64,000 nt of DNA from an uncultured Flavobacteriaceae bacterium (GCA_963734985.1 CAVTJB010000003.1:42807-106806), one strand, 5' to 3'; positions 1-13,344 are shown, counted from the stretch's first letter. Translations and numbers: made by a program. The notes: generated by a model from the sequence alone, not told the origin.

Positions 1-1641
1 TCGCTCGTCCTCCTTGTCCTCTGTACTTAAAAATCCGGAAAGCATCGAGAGGTTGCTGGAATGAGATCGCAGGTTATGCGAGACGATATGGGCAAAGTTC
101 AACAGGCTATCGTTCTGTTGGGAGGTAACTTCGACTAATCGGGTCAGCCTCTTTTCAGCATTTATCCGAGGCGAGATATCCATAATCTGGGAAATGAAAT
201 GGGATAATTCGCCATTTCTTTTTCGGACGCCTGTCACAGAAAGAACCGTATGAACAATTTGACCATTTTTATGACAATATCGCTTTTCGATTTGATAGCT
301 TTCCCTTTTTCCCTGGATCAGCTCATTGAGCAACGCCATATCCTTGTCCAGATCCTCGGGATGGGTAATTTGTTGAAAGGTCATCTCCATCAATTCTTTT
401 TCAGTATATCCTATACTGTGGCAAAGACTCGGATTTACCCTTATCCATTTGCCGTCCAGTCCGACCAGGGCCATCCCGATATTGGAACTATCGAAGGCCG
501 CCTGTAAAGATTCCTGGCTTTTTCTGAGCTTGTCCTGAACAATTTTTAGTTCGGTAATATCCCAATTGGTGCCGACCATCTTAAGGGGGTTACCTTCCGC
601 ATCCCTTTGAATTACTGCAATGGCCTTAATGTGCCTTATTTCACCATTGGGCCAAATGACGCGTAATTCGGTATTATATTCTTTTTTCCCCGAGACGAAC
701 AGTTCCTTTTCCTTTTCCCATCGCAGTTTGTCCGCGGGGTGCAAACCGGAATGCCATGCTTCATATTCGCTGCCGAACTCCTTCTTGTCGACGCCGTACA
801 AACGGTACATGTTTTCATCCCATACCAATTTGTTGTTAATAATATCATAGTCCCAAATACCTACGTTAGCTCCTTTAGTGGCGATGGCCAGCCTTTCGGT
901 GGCTTCAAGGGCTTTAAGCTCGTTTTTCTTTTTTTCGTCGATATCTTGAAAGGTGCCATATATGCGCACCGGATTACCCTTAACGGTTTCGACCTCGCCC
1001 TTGACCCTGACCCATATTTCCTTGCCTTTGGCAGTCATGACAATGAGTTCGGCATCCCAGGGCTTACCTTCATTCATGGCATCACTTACCAAGCGCATAA
1101 TTTCTTGCCGGTGCTCACCTTCCTTATAGAAATCGATATCCTCCTCCAAAGTAGGAATATAGCCTTTTGGCACCTCATGTATTTCCTTGGTGACTTCTGT
1201 CCAATACACTTTACCGGTTGCAATATCTATTTCCCAGCCCCCGATACGTGCCACTTGTTCTGCTTTTAGCAACAGTTCTTCCCTGCGTTTGGTTTCGGTA
1301 ATATCCTCTAAGGTTACTATGAGGCCGCCAATCTGCCCGTTATCGTCCTTCCAGTGGTTTATTTTCCAACTGAGCCATTGAATAGAGCCATTGGCCCCTA
1401 TGAATTTTTCCCCCTTGTTGTTGTCACGTGCCCCATTTAGGCATAAACTATGAATTTTTCTAACTGAATCGGGGGTCTCGGGCAGAATGTCGTAATAGGA
1501 TTTGCCGATGATGTTGTTTAAATGCGGTGAAAACTCCTGCAGCCAGATTTCGGAATGGCTGATAAAGCGCATATCCTTATCCAGGATGGCGACCGCGGTC
1601 GGAGAGTCTTTGATAAGGAAGTTTATAGGTACTGTTTCCAA
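1..1641 (-). CDS. PAS-domain sensor histidine kinase, 3' end runs off the window
   Basis: Hand translation from TTG at 1641 (METVPINFLIKDSPTAVAILDKDMRF) shows several PAS/PAC repeats (WDITE, THPEDL) and the H-box LLNFAHIVSHNLRSH near position 100. The frame is the same at 1641, about 1000 and 1. It is missing from the ORF track because it is open at the edge. Confidence 0.88.
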   Translation of the reverse strand, partial: METVPINFLIKDSPTAVAILDKDMRFISHSEIWLQEFSPHLNNIIGKSYYDILPETPDSVRKIHSLCLNGARDNNKGEKFIGANGSIQWLSWKINHWKDDNGQIGGLIVTLEDITETKRREELLLKAEQVARIGGWEIDIATGKVYWTEVTKEIHEVPKGYIPTLEEDIDFYKEGEHRQEIMRLVSDAMNEGKPWDAELIVMTAKGKEIWVRVKGEVETVKGNPVRIYGTFQDIDEKKKNELKALEATERLAIATKGANVGIWDYDIINNKLVWDENMYRLYGVDKKEFGSEYEAWHSGLHPADKLRWEKEKELFVSGKKEYNTELRVIWPNGEIRHIKAIAVIQRDAEGNPLKMVGTNWDITELKIVQDKLRKSQESLQAAFDSSNIGMALVGLDGKWIRVNPSLCHSIGYTEKELMEMTFQQITHPEDLDKDMALLNELIQGKRESYQIEKRYCHKNGQIVHTVLSVTGVRKRNGELSHFISQIMDISPRINAEKRLTRLVEVTSQQNDSLLNFAHIVSHNLRSHSSNLSMLSGFLSTEDKEDER

Positions 1642-1872
1642 GGTAATTTTTGGTTTGGGAGGTTAAAAGTACGACTAATTTGCCAGCGTAAGAAAATACT
1701 TAATTTATCTGAGTCTTTGTATTATTTTTTAGAAGGTTGGAATGCAGCTTTGGGAATAGGAATTTCCTATCATTTAATAATATTTTAATATGGTCTATCT
1801 ATGTATTTCACCCCAGTTTTCTTACTTTTAAACGTATATAATAAACTGCTTATTGCCCTGTGGCAACGCTAA

Positions 1873-4137
<2,265 letters not shown>

Positions 4138-4160
4138 ATATGCTTCCAAAATTGTTAAAT

Positions 4161-4193
4161 AAGAGCTGCGGCATGTACCGTGGCTCTTTTTTT
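4161..4193 (+). terminator. Rho-independent terminator of katG
   Basis: AAGAGC-TGCGG...CCGTG-GCTCTT stem followed by a T run, 24 bp after the stop. Confidence 0.8.
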
Positions 4194-4279
4194 ATCTTTA
4201 TTTCCCCAAAATCTTACGATGGCCAAACAATATAATCTACTCTGGATAGTTTGATAAGTAGGATACAAAAAGAATTAAT

Positions 4280-4708
4280 TTGAAAAAGCGACTTTGGCTA
4301 TGGAATATTTTGGCCGTACTAACCGTCATCGTATGTTTGTTGGCTTTCGCAATGCATTATAAAAACTGGACGAAGACCGAGGGTGACGGCCTTCAGATTC
4401 TCTCCGGATTTTACTATAAGGATATTAAGTATTCCCAATTGGACAGTGTGGTGCTGGTCGATAAGATTCCCCCTATGGAACGGCTCAACGGATTTTCGGC
4501 ATTGGAAAAGGGCAAAGGCATCTACCGGGAGTTTAAAGATTCGCTGACGGACAAGGAAGTCTACGTTTTCGTCGATAATTTTTCGGATCAAAAAATAGCA
4601 TTAACCTATCAAGATTCCCTTAAGGTATATCTAAATTTGAAAGACTCGTTGGAAACCCGAAATATGTACCAGTTCTTGGTAGAGAGTATTCCAAAGGAAT
4701 CCGATTGA
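4280..4708 (+). CDS. Hypothetical membrane-anchored protein
   Basis: 142 aa ORF with a TTG start and an N-terminal hydrophobic helix; it fits between its neighbours. Confidence 0.7.
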   Translation: MKKRLWLWNILAVLTVIVCLLAFAMHYKNWTKTEGDGLQILSGFYYKDIKYSQLDSVVLVDKIPPMERLNGFSALEKGKGIYREFKDSLTDKEVYVFVDNFSDQKIALTYQDSLKVYLNLKDSLETRNMYQFLVESIPKESD

Positions 4709-4745
4709 TTTGGGTCTGATTATCGGGAAAAGTTAAGGATACACT

Positions 4746-5159
4746 ATGGGCGTACCCCTATTTACCATACTCCTATTATTCCCCTTTTTTGCAATGGCCC
4801 AATTCGACCTTACCGTAACCATCGAGAACGTCAAATCGACCGATGGCAAGATCAGCATAGCCGTTTATGACAAGGCAGCCGGTTTTCTAAAATTCGACAA
4901 GGTATATAAAGCAGCGTCAACACCTTCGCAAGAAGGAAGTAGCCAGGTAGTTATCAAAGACTTGCCCCAAGGCACCTATGCCTTGGCGGTCTTTCACGAC
5001 GAAAATGACAACGATAAACTTGATAGGAACATATTCGGTATCCCCAAAGAACCTTTGGGTTTTTCGAAAAGTGGGATGAAAACTTTCGGCCCACCAAGTT
5101 TTGTGGAGTGCTCGTTCGAACTCACTGCAAATCATTCGATATCCGTACCGATTAAATAG
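4746..5159 (+). CDS. DUF2141 family exported protein
   Basis: Signal peptide plus the motifs GTYALAVFHDENDN and GIPKEPLGFS. Confidence 0.88.
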   Translation: MGVPLFTILLLFPFFAMAQFDLTVTIENVKSTDGKISIAVYDKAAGFLKFDKVYKAASTPSQEGSSQVVIKDLPQGTYALAVFHDENDNDKLDRNIFGIPKEPLGFSKSGMKTFGPPSFVECSFELTANHSISVPIK

Positions 5160-5325
5160 GGACCTATCTACCGTTGGATATCCCACCCTTCTCCCCATTG
5201 ATTTTTCGATTTCCTGACGGGCACTATTCGAGGCTGTGTTAGTTTCGGATTAAGTTTTTTCAAGATATTGTTTTTCAATGGAATGTGTTGTATTTTGTAG
5301 TTCTAATCCATTAAGATACACCGTC

Positions 5326-5694
5326 ATGGAAACCAATGAAATCGCTAAAAAACTGGTAGAATATTGCAAACAGGGAAATTTTGAAAAGCCTTATGAAGAA
5401 TTGTACAGCCCTGCAATCGTAAGTATAGAAAACGACGGAAAGGGCGAGGGTGCCTACGTCGAAGGTTTCGAGGGCATCAAACGGAAAGGGGAGTGGTGGC
5501 AAGAAAATTTTGAAGTACACGGCACGGAAGTTTCCGAGCCGCTAGTCGCGAATAATTGGTTCGCGGTCAGGTTCGATATGGACACGACCCATAAAGCCTC
5601 CGGGCAACGGTCAAAAACGTCTGAAATTGCTGTTTATCAGGTAAAGGACGGTAAAATTGTTAAAGAACAGTTTTTTTATGACCAAAATGGGTGA
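5326..5694 (+). CDS. SnoaL-like / NTF2-family protein
   Basis: Motifs ELYSPAIVSIE and SEIAVYQVKDGKIVKEQFFY. The likely start is METNEI at 5326 rather than 5278. Confidence 0.85.
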   Translation: METNEIAKKLVEYCKQGNFEKPYEELYSPAIVSIENDGKGEGAYVEGFEGIKRKGEWWQENFEVHGTEVSEPLVANNWFAVRFDMDTTHKASGQRSKTSEIAVYQVKDGKIVKEQFFYDQNG

Positions 5695-5709
5695 TAAATC
5701 ACAGGAATT

Positions 5710-6096
5710 ATGGTTCTTATTGCTCATGCGTTCGGCGTAGTTTACGGCCTTTTGGCGGTAGTGTTCGGCGCGTTCGGCGCCCACGCCCTTAAAAAATCCT
5801 TTTCGGAAGAACTGCTGAAAAGCTTTGAGACCGGGGTCAGGTACCAGATGTATCACGCTATCGTTTTGCTCATGTTGGGCTTCAATTTCAATTTGGACAC
5901 CTCCATGCAAGAATACATGGTCTATTGTTTCGTAATCGGTACTTTTCTTTTTTCATTCAGTATTTATGGCCTTACGCTTAGCGCCTCCAAGGGAAAAAAG
6001 TGGAAATTCCTGGGGCCTGTCACCCCCTTGGGCGGGCTTCTACTGGTGGCCGGGTGGGGCTTGTTGCTGTATCAATTTGTTGGGCGATACATCTGA
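5710..6096 (+). CDS. DUF423 family small membrane protein
   Basis: Motifs GAFGAHALK, FETGVRYQMYHA and GPVTPLGG. Confidence 0.92.
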   Translation: MVLIAHAFGVVYGLLAVVFGAFGAHALKKSFSEELLKSFETGVRYQMYHAIVLLMLGFNFNLDTSMQEYMVYCFVIGTFLFSFSIYGLTLSASKGKKWKFLGPVTPLGGLLLVAGWGLLLYQFVGRYI

Positions 6097-6120
6097 TGTT
6101 ACCGTGACCCACAAGTTCCT

Positions 6121-8772
6121 TTATAGGATAAATCGATAGGTCGCCTTAACCAGAAAGATATTCTGGGGTTTTTCGTTTCCAAAGATGGTATCGTCCAAAC
6201 TGTCGAAAAGTTTGTCCTGCGGATTGCCATCCCTCGAAATGTCTTGTGACCACACGAGAAAGATTTCCGATCCGGGAATGTATTCCCAGCGAACCACCAA
6301 ATTGGACCTGAACTGTACAAACGAGAAATCGGGATTATCGAAACTAAAATCGGTTACGCCGTCTAAATTTCGATCCACGGAATAGGTGTTCTCCGCCAAA
6401 AAGATACGGTCATCTGTGTAGCGCACTATTCTCTGGTCGAAATCCTTGGCCAAAGGATTGCTGACCTGTTTGAAATCGGAGTATCTTCCCCGAGAAATAA
6501 AAGGCTGTCCCCAATATTGAATCGTCAGATTGGGGTTGATCGTATAGTTAAGGCGAAATGACATGCTCAATGTTTTTTGCTTCACTTTGCCGTTCAGATA
6601 GATAGTCTCGCCGTTCATCTCGATATTCTTCACAAATTGAAGCTTGTCGTTGTTAATGCCGTACGAGGGGGATGCCGAAATTCGCAAGGCATTAAACGGT
6701 TGGTACGAAACCCCTAATTCGGCATTATAATTACTATATGAATTATCCAATGCCTTGGTTCCATTATGGAAAAGGCTAAGCTGTACTTTTTTCCGGCTAT
6801 CCGTCTCGATCCCATTAAAAAAATTAAGGTTGGGAGAGATTCGTAAGCGCGGACCTCCGCGAAGGGCAAAATTGGAATATTGTTTGGGCTGAACGGTAAT
6901 GCCCAAATTCGAGAACCAGTTATTTTTCCAGTTTTGCCAACTATTGGTATTGAACTGTAGGCTATTGTGGTTACCGTCAAAATCCCATGCGCTCCAATGG
7001 TTGTAGTTAATGCCTACCTTTCTAAAGATACTGTCCGGTTTTAGCGTCTGATAGCCGATCCATGTGTAATGGCGAATATCGTCGGCCTGGCGCTGAAAGC
7101 CGATATCGTTCAGCTCCAGTTCCGGGGAGCGCCAAGTGGCACCGGTTTCGAATTTCCAATGGCCATTGCCGATTTTTCCCAATTGCAGATTACCGCCCGT
7201 GCCGGTCAACGAGGTTTTGGCCGTGTCGACGGATACGTGCCCCGCACCGACCCTTTGGAACAGGTGGGTAATGGATTCTTGGGTGTTCCGGATGGCCTCG
7301 GTACTTCCCTTTACAGAGCTGAAAATGACGTTGCCGCCTAGGTACCAATCGCGGTCGTTCCATTGGTGTTTGAAGTCCAGTCCGCCGGTATATGCCGAGC
7401 GATGCAGAAAATCGATACCCTCGGTAGGTCGATTTCTGTTGGTAGCCGTAAAAATTCCGCCAACGAAGGTTTTTTGGTCATTGAAATCTTTTTGTAGGCG
7501 GCCTACGAAGTAATTGGTCAAAGGCTCCACAATTTCTTTTCTCCGCTCGCCGTTGTTATCAATGACCGCATTCTTTTGGGCGGTAAGACTTTCCAACACC
7601 CCGATCGACCAACCGTCTTCCGTTTTGCCGCTGAACTTGGCGGCACCTAAAATGGGGGTGTTTTTGGGTTGATCTACAAACTCCCCGTCGGAGGTAGCCG
7701 GAAATCCTTGCGGACTGCGACCGATTCGTCTCGAATAGAAAAGGTTGTCCGAACCGAACGTATTTCCGGCTTCGGAACGTGATACAGCATAGTCGAAAAT
7801 ATTCTTGTTCTCTACAAAAAAAGGACGTTGTTCTTCGAAGAATATTTGAAATCCGTCCAATGCAATAGCGGAAGGATCTGCCTCTACCTGACCAAAATCG
7901 GGATTGATGGTCAGATCTAAAGTAAGATCGTTGGTGACCCCTATCTTGGCATCAAGGCCGATGGTTATTTGGCTGTCACTGCCGTCGCGGAACGGATTTC
8001 CGCTTTCCGCTTCGAAGGTTTCCAGTTTGGCTACGGTGTAGGGCTGTATTTCCAATTGTTTTTGGGGTTCGATATTTATTAATCCCCTTAATAATCCGAA
8101 TTCGCTAACGAAGCCGGGTGTATCCTGTGGAAGCCGTTGCCAGACCGAACGCTCTTCTTCACGAAATAAGCGGCGCATGAACTGCAGCCCCCATACCAGT
8201 TCGCTCGATTTTGCGAACTTCAACTGACTAAGAGGTATCTTCATTTCCGCGGTCCAGCCTTCTTGGTCGATATTTGTTTTGGTGTACCAAATGGGATTCC
8301 AGCTCTCGTCTTCATTACTGCCGTTGTTCGATTCGAAAATATCGGCTTTAACCCCCGCCGCCGTTACGAGAAAGCCGAATGCCGTGCGTTCGTCGTGATA
8401 GCTGTCGAGAAATATGGCGACCCAATCCCCTTCAAACCCGTCGCGCCTCGATAGCCGTTTTTCGATTTTATCCGGTTCGCTGTCAAACGCACGTATCCCA
8501 ACGTACAGGAATTTTTGGTCATAAACGATCTTGAATTTGGTCTGATGGTCAGGCTGCGTATTTTCGTCGGGACGCTGTTCGATAAAACCGCTTTCCCATG
8601 GGACGATGTCCCAGCCTAAATCGTCAATAATTCCATCGATTTCGGGGGATTCTACCTGTTTTAAAAATTTAGTGGTGTAAATTTTTTTGGGAACGGACTT
8701 GACGGAATCTTGGCAATCACCTGCCGTATGCGCAAGAAGCATTGCGCAACAGGCAAAAAAAGCGGCTCTCAT
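6121..8772 (-). CDS. DUF5916 outer-membrane beta-barrel protein with N-terminal CBM9-like domain
   Basis: 883 aa with a signal peptide, PEIDG/GWTAEMKIP, TINPDFGQVEAD and FFEEQRPFF, ending in KATYRFIL. Confidence 0.85.
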   Translation of the reverse strand: MRAAFFACCAMLLAHTAGDCQDSVKSVPKKIYTTKFLKQVESPEIDGIIDDLGWDIVPWESGFIEQRPDENTQPDHQTKFKIVYDQKFLYVGIRAFDSEPDKIEKRLSRRDGFEGDWVAIFLDSYHDERTAFGFLVTAAGVKADIFESNNGSNEDESWNPIWYTKTNIDQEGWTAEMKIPLSQLKFAKSSELVWGLQFMRRLFREEERSVWQRLPQDTPGFVSEFGLLRGLINIEPQKQLEIQPYTVAKLETFEAESGNPFRDGSDSQITIGLDAKIGVTNDLTLDLTINPDFGQVEADPSAIALDGFQIFFEEQRPFFVENKNIFDYAVSRSEAGNTFGSDNLFYSRRIGRSPQGFPATSDGEFVDQPKNTPILGAAKFSGKTEDGWSIGVLESLTAQKNAVIDNNGERRKEIVEPLTNYFVGRLQKDFNDQKTFVGGIFTATNRNRPTEGIDFLHRSAYTGGLDFKHQWNDRDWYLGGNVIFSSVKGSTEAIRNTQESITHLFQRVGAGHVSVDTAKTSLTGTGGNLQLGKIGNGHWKFETGATWRSPELELNDIGFQRQADDIRHYTWIGYQTLKPDSIFRKVGINYNHWSAWDFDGNHNSLQFNTNSWQNWKNNWFSNLGITVQPKQYSNFALRGGPRLRISPNLNFFNGIETDSRKKVQLSLFHNGTKALDNSYSNYNAELGVSYQPFNALRISASPSYGINNDKLQFVKNIEMNGETIYLNGKVKQKTLSMSFRLNYTINPNLTIQYWGQPFISRGRYSDFKQVSNPLAKDFDQRIVRYTDDRIFLAENTYSVDRNLDGVTDFSFDNPDFSFVQFRSNLVVRWEYIPGSEIFLVWSQDISRDGNPQDKLFDSLDDTIFGNEKPQNIFLVKATYRFIL

Positions 8773-8873
8773 ACTGTTGATTTTGACTGATGTACTATCC
8801 TAAAGACTCCCAAAAAGAGGAATCTGTTACAGTAAAAGAGTTTTTTAACAGCTATGACAAGTATGTAAGTGCA

Positions 8874-10412
8874 CTAATTATCCACTTTAGCTTCCGAGGT
8901 AAATTCCTTAATGGCCTCATTGGGTTCCATAATATTATAACCCTCCCAAAACCCGGGGTCGTAATGGGGCATGTATGTCGGCAGCACTTTATTGTTTTCC
9001 GTAAAAGAGTCGAATTGCTCCTCGCTGATGGGTTCTTCGTCAAAGACCACCAATTCATAGCGGTTAACATTGCCAAAAGCGGCATCCACTTTCAACGATA
9101 GTTCGTTCTGTTTTCTTCGTCCCTTTACGTTTTTGTTCTTTTCAATGATTTTCAAGGGTCTTTTGAACCCTGCCCGTACTCCTTTTATGATGTCGTAATA
9201 CCTTAAGTGGTATTTTTGGTCGTTGCCCTTAGCGAACAGTATGCTGCCCTTGGCCAAATATTCGTTGATCGATACCCCGAGCAGTTTGAAGTCCCGAAGT
9301 GGTTCGGTGTTTTGGAAATCCATTCGGATCAGCGCAAAATCGTCTGCGTTGATATAGAGTTTTCCCTTGAATTCCGGTGAACCATCGGGCACAAAAGCGA
9401 TGACGTATACCGCTTGGTCGCCGAGATAGGTAAAGTTTTCCAGTGTGAGATTGTATCTTCCGGGTTTGAAGATGACGTCATAGTCGGTATCGTCGAAAAT
9501 CGGGAGGTTTTCGAACAGGTTGCCCAAGGTTTTCCTTTTGTAGCCTGAAAAGTTCTTCCGGCGTTCATCCTTCTGCTTCTTTTCCTCTTCGAGACGTTGC
9601 TTAAGTGCGGCCACATCGGTAGAATCGACCTCTTCATCAAATAAATCACCCATTTCGTCGGAATCTATTTTGGTCCCGAAAAACCATCCGGATTTAATCT
9701 TGAAATACGAATCGGACTTGATGTTTTCCTTTACGATTTTATTGAACTTTTCTTCCAATTTTTCCACATCGAGGTTTTTGTCCTTGTCGTACATTTCCGA
9801 GGCCTTGATGAGATTCAGTTTTTGGTCGTCGGCATCATCATTGCCGTATAGGTCGCCCAGCATTTCGGTGTAGTAAACGTTGCTTTTTGGTATAGTACTC
9901 ACCACACTGTCCAGAAAATTTTTGTTGAAGGCCGCAATGGTCGATTCCTTCAGCTCGTAATCGGTCTTCAGGATTTCGTTTTGATAAGTTTCCCGCAGGA
10001 ACAGCCGTTTTCTGGTAAAATCCGTACGGTAGTTTTTTCCGAGATTGTCCTCGACTTTTTCGATGATTTCCCGGGATGTGTATTCCTTGTTCGAAACGAT
10101 GACCTCTTTTAGCTCGATAGCCTTGGGTCGTAAAAGGATTACGCTATCGGTGAACTCCGACAATGGCTTTCCGATGGATTGGTAGCCGATACTAGAAATA
10201 AAGAGGGAGTCGGTCTCCTTGATGTTTTCGTCAAGTGAAAATTTGAAACGGCCTTCCTCGTTCGTGATCAGGCCCCGGTTGTTCAACTGCACAGTGGCAT
10301 ACGGAACGGGTTTTTTAGAAATGGAATCGACGACTACCGCGCCTAGGTTCTGCGCATTTGCCGTAGTGACCATAAAAATGAAAAATACTGAGAGTTTAAG
10401 GGTACTAGGCAT
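8874..10412 (-). CDS. Carboxypeptidase-regulatory-like domain-containing exported protein
   Basis: Signal peptide followed by KPVPYATV...ITNEEGRF...SSIGY...LKEVIV. Confidence 0.8.
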   Translation of the reverse strand: MPSTLKLSVFFIFMVTTANAQNLGAVVVDSISKKPVPYATVQLNNRGLITNEEGRFKFSLDENIKETDSLFISSIGYQSIGKPLSEFTDSVILLRPKAIELKEVIVSNKEYTSREIIEKVEDNLGKNYRTDFTRKRLFLRETYQNEILKTDYELKESTIAAFNKNFLDSVVSTIPKSNVYYTEMLGDLYGNDDADDQKLNLIKASEMYDKDKNLDVEKLEEKFNKIVKENIKSDSYFKIKSGWFFGTKIDSDEMGDLFDEEVDSTDVAALKQRLEEEKKQKDERRKNFSGYKRKTLGNLFENLPIFDDTDYDVIFKPGRYNLTLENFTYLGDQAVYVIAFVPDGSPEFKGKLYINADDFALIRMDFQNTEPLRDFKLLGVSINEYLAKGSILFAKGNDQKYHLRYYDIIKGVRAGFKRPLKIIEKNKNVKGRRKQNELSLKVDAAFGNVNRYELVVFDEEPISEEQFDSFTENNKVLPTYMPHYDPGFWEGYNIMEPNEAIKEFTSEAKVDN

Positions 10413-10609
10413 GAACGTTTGGCGTTAACATTCCAAAAAAAGCGATACCGATCCAACAATGCCTACTGTTTTGGAATTTTTTAGTACGGATTTATTGTTT
10501 TTTTAACGGAAGTAGAGGCTAAAGCTTGTGCAGGTTTCGACAAAGGATGACGAAATATTGGGGAGCGTATTGGCTTTTAAAAAGTAAAAACCGACTTTTG
10601 GAAGCTGTC

Positions 10610-10759
10610 TCAGTGACACCCACAATCATCTTTCCCGCAGGCTTTTGCATCCCCTTTTCCTGAAGCGAACGATGATTTGGGGAGCAAAAACTTCTTCGCC
10701 AAATATCCAACGGCAACCGCGAGAACAACGTAAACCAATATGTTTTGAAGAAAATCCAT
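10610..10759 (-). CDS. FeoB-associated Cys-rich small membrane protein (49 aa)
   Basis: Hand translation: MDFLQNILVYVVLAVAVGYLAKKFLLPKSSFASGKGDAKACGKDDCGCH*. It lies directly downstream of feoB and is below the ORF-track cut-off. Confidence 0.88.
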   Translation of the reverse strand: MDFLQNILVYVVLAVAVGYLAKKFLLPKSSFASGKGDAKACGKDDCGCH

Positions 10760-10864
10760 TTTAATAAGTTTAGTTACAAAAATTACAGGTCAAAAAGAAC
10801 CTTAAACTGCCTATCGCTACTGTAACTGGCCTCTTTTTTAAGTCTCCGTTCTACTCTCCTTTTG

Positions 10865-13102
10865 CTATTTAAGAACCTGATAGGCCGCCAATGCAACAAT
10901 ATACGCAAAAGCACTCATAAAAACCAATTGTGCGAGGGGCCATTTCCAACTATTGGTTTCCCTTTTGACGATAGCCAAGGTACTCATACACTGCATGGCA
11001 AAGGCATAGAATAATAATAGCGATATGCCCGATGCCAGATTGAAAAGGGGCTCACCTGTTTTGGGATTCGTTTCCGCGGCCATCCGGTTTTGGATGGTCT
11101 CTTCTTCATCGCTGCCCACACTGTATATAGTCGCTAGGGTACCGACAAAAACTTCTCGGGCGGCAAAGGAGGTCAAGACGGCAATGCCTATTTTCCAATC
11201 GTATCCCAAGGGCTTTACAACGGGTTCAATGGCCTTTCCCATATTACCGATATAGGAATTTTCGAGTTTATAACTGGATATTTCCTGTTCAAGCGCCTTT
11301 TGTTTAAGTACATCCTCCTTTTGCATTAGAGAATCTTCAATGGCGGGAGGCTCGATGTGATAACGATCGGCAGAAATACTATCCTGCAAGGCTATTTGGT
11401 AATCGGATAGTTCAGCGGCGATATTAGACCGGTTAAAGGCGGAAAATCCATCCTCCTGTACACGCTCCGTAATTATTTCCTCGGCATTCTTGAATCGGTC
11501 GGAATAGCCGTTGGACCCCAAAAACCAAAGGACGATCGAGATGGCCAAAATGATCTTTCCCGCACCGAGAACAAAACTTTTGGTCTTTTCCCAAACCGTA
11601 TAGGCTACGTTTTTAAGGAGTGGCAGTTTGTAATTAGGCATTTCCACCACAAAAAACGAACGCCCCTTAATTTTTAAAATTTTGTTCAACATCATCGCGG
11701 CGAGTACAGAGGTGGCGAAACCGATCAGATAAAGCAGCATCAGGGTCAGTGCCTTGTAGCCAAGACCTAAAAACGTGCCTTCGGGAATGACAAGGGCAAT
11801 GATTATTAGATATATGGGCAAGCGGGCGGAACACGTGGTAAAAGGGATGACCAATATGGTAATCAAGCGTTCCTTCCAGTTTTCAATCGTACGTGTGGCC
11901 ATCACGGCAGGAATGGCACAGGCGGTGCCTGACATCAGGGGTACGACGCTTTTACCGCTAAGACCGAACGGACGCATCAAACGGTCCATCAAAAAGACCA
12001 CTCGGCTCATATATCCGGTTTCTTCCAAAAGGGAAATAAAAAGGAAAAGAAAGGCAATCTGGGGTATGAAAATCACGATGCCACCGATACCGGCCAATAT
12101 TCCCTCAGCGATCAGGTTGGTGAACACCCCTCCCGGAAGGGTGTTTTTTACCCATTCGCTGGCTGCTGCGAAAAGCTCGTCGATGAGGTCCATGGGATAT
12201 TCGCTCCAGGAATAGATGGCCTGGAAGATGGTCAACAATATCAAAAAGAAAATCAGGTAGCCGAAGACTTTGTGCGTCAATATTTTATCAAGGGTCGCCC
12301 GAAACCCTTTGGCCGCAGCGGGATCGACTTTGTAGGTCTCCTTAAGAATGCCGTTGATGAACTGATAACGGAGAATGGTCTCCTTTTGCTGTAGGCGTTT
12401 TAGTTCCGATTTAGATTTGGTGTTGAAAGAAGAGGTATCCTTGACCCCCTTTTTTTCAATGGGCATAAAATTAACGTCCTGAGTAATGACCAGCCATAGC
12501 TTGTAGAGATCTTGTTTGGGAAACGTCGTCTTTAGCTTTTCGAAATATTCTGGGGCAATCAGCGTTATGTCCACATTTTTTGTGGTAGAAAGTGACCGGT
12601 AATCCGAAATCAGTTCCTTTAGTTTTTCGATACCGGTGCCCTTTCGTGTACTGACAAGGGCTATTTTGGTGTCGAGTTTTTCCTCGAGCAGATCGACATC
12701 CAAGGAAATACCTTTGCGTGACATGCGGTCCGCCATATTGATGACCAGAATAGAGGGAATATTCAGGTCCTTCACCTGGGTAAAAAGCAGAAGGTTGCGC
12801 TTCAGATTTTCGATATCGGAAATCACAACGGCCACATCGGGGTGGTCCTTGTCATTTTTGTTCAGCAAGAGTTCGACGGCGACGCTTTCGTCTAAAGAAG
12901 TTGTGTTCAGGCTATAGGAACCGGGGAGGTCGAGAATATGCGCCTTTACGCCCCGCGGAAGTTTACAGATGCCCTCTTTTTTCTCCACGGTGATCCCAGG
13001 ATAATTGCCGACCTTCTGTTTCAGGCCGGTCAATGCGTTAAAAACGGAAGTCTTTCCGGTATTGGGATTTCCTATAAGGGCTACGTTGATCTGCTTGCTC
13101 AT
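10865..13102 (-). CDS. feoB: Ferrous iron transporter B
   Basis: GTPase motifs GNPNTGKT, GNYPGITVE, DLPG and NMAD, followed by a polytopic membrane domain. Confidence 0.97.
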   Translation of the reverse strand: MSKQINVALIGNPNTGKTSVFNALTGLKQKVGNYPGITVEKKEGICKLPRGVKAHILDLPGSYSLNTTSLDESVAVELLLNKNDKDHPDVAVVISDIENLKRNLLLFTQVKDLNIPSILVINMADRMSRKGISLDVDLLEEKLDTKIALVSTRKGTGIEKLKELISDYRSLSTTKNVDITLIAPEYFEKLKTTFPKQDLYKLWLVITQDVNFMPIEKKGVKDTSSFNTKSKSELKRLQQKETILRYQFINGILKETYKVDPAAAKGFRATLDKILTHKVFGYLIFFLILLTIFQAIYSWSEYPMDLIDELFAAASEWVKNTLPGGVFTNLIAEGILAGIGGIVIFIPQIAFLFLFISLLEETGYMSRVVFLMDRLMRPFGLSGKSVVPLMSGTACAIPAVMATRTIENWKERLITILVIPFTTCSARLPIYLIIIALVIPEGTFLGLGYKALTLMLLYLIGFATSVLAAMMLNKILKIKGRSFFVVEMPNYKLPLLKNVAYTVWEKTKSFVLGAGKIILAISIVLWFLGSNGYSDRFKNAEEIITERVQEDGFSAFNRSNIAAELSDYQIALQDSISADRYHIEPPAIEDSLMQKEDVLKQKALEQEISSYKLENSYIGNMGKAIEPVVKPLGYDWKIGIAVLTSFAAREVFVGTLATIYSVGSDEEETIQNRMAAETNPKTGEPLFNLASGISLLLFYAFAMQCMSTLAIVKRETNSWKWPLAQLVFMSAFAYIVALAAYQVLK

Positions 13103-13344
13103 CGGGCGTGTTTATCTTCAAAAACCTCAAGTTCGATGAGCAGGGCCGTTTCCCGGCGGATGGCGATATGGCATCCGTTGACGTTGATATAGAGGGGGTC
13201 TTTGAAGGGAGCGATATGGAGAAGTTCAATTACGTTGCCCGGAAGGCAGCCCAGTTCCAGTAGTTTTATCGGGAGAATGTCATCGGTAAATTCTTTGATG
13301 ATTCCCTTTTGACCCCTTTTCAATTGTGCGACTGTTATCGTCAA
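13099..13344 (-). CDS. feoA: Ferrous iron transport protein A
   Basis: 81 aa with KLLELGCLPG...APFKDP...IAIRRE; overlaps the feoB start. Confidence 0.95.
   Translation of the reverse strand: MTITVAQLKRGQKGIIKEFTDDILPIKLLELGCLPGNVIELLHIAPFKDPLYINVNGCHIAIRRETALLIELEVFEDKHAR

Noticed and set aside
250-1381. Plus-strand ORFs such as 739-1269
   Set aside because: They are antisense to the continuous minus-strand PAS kinase frame.
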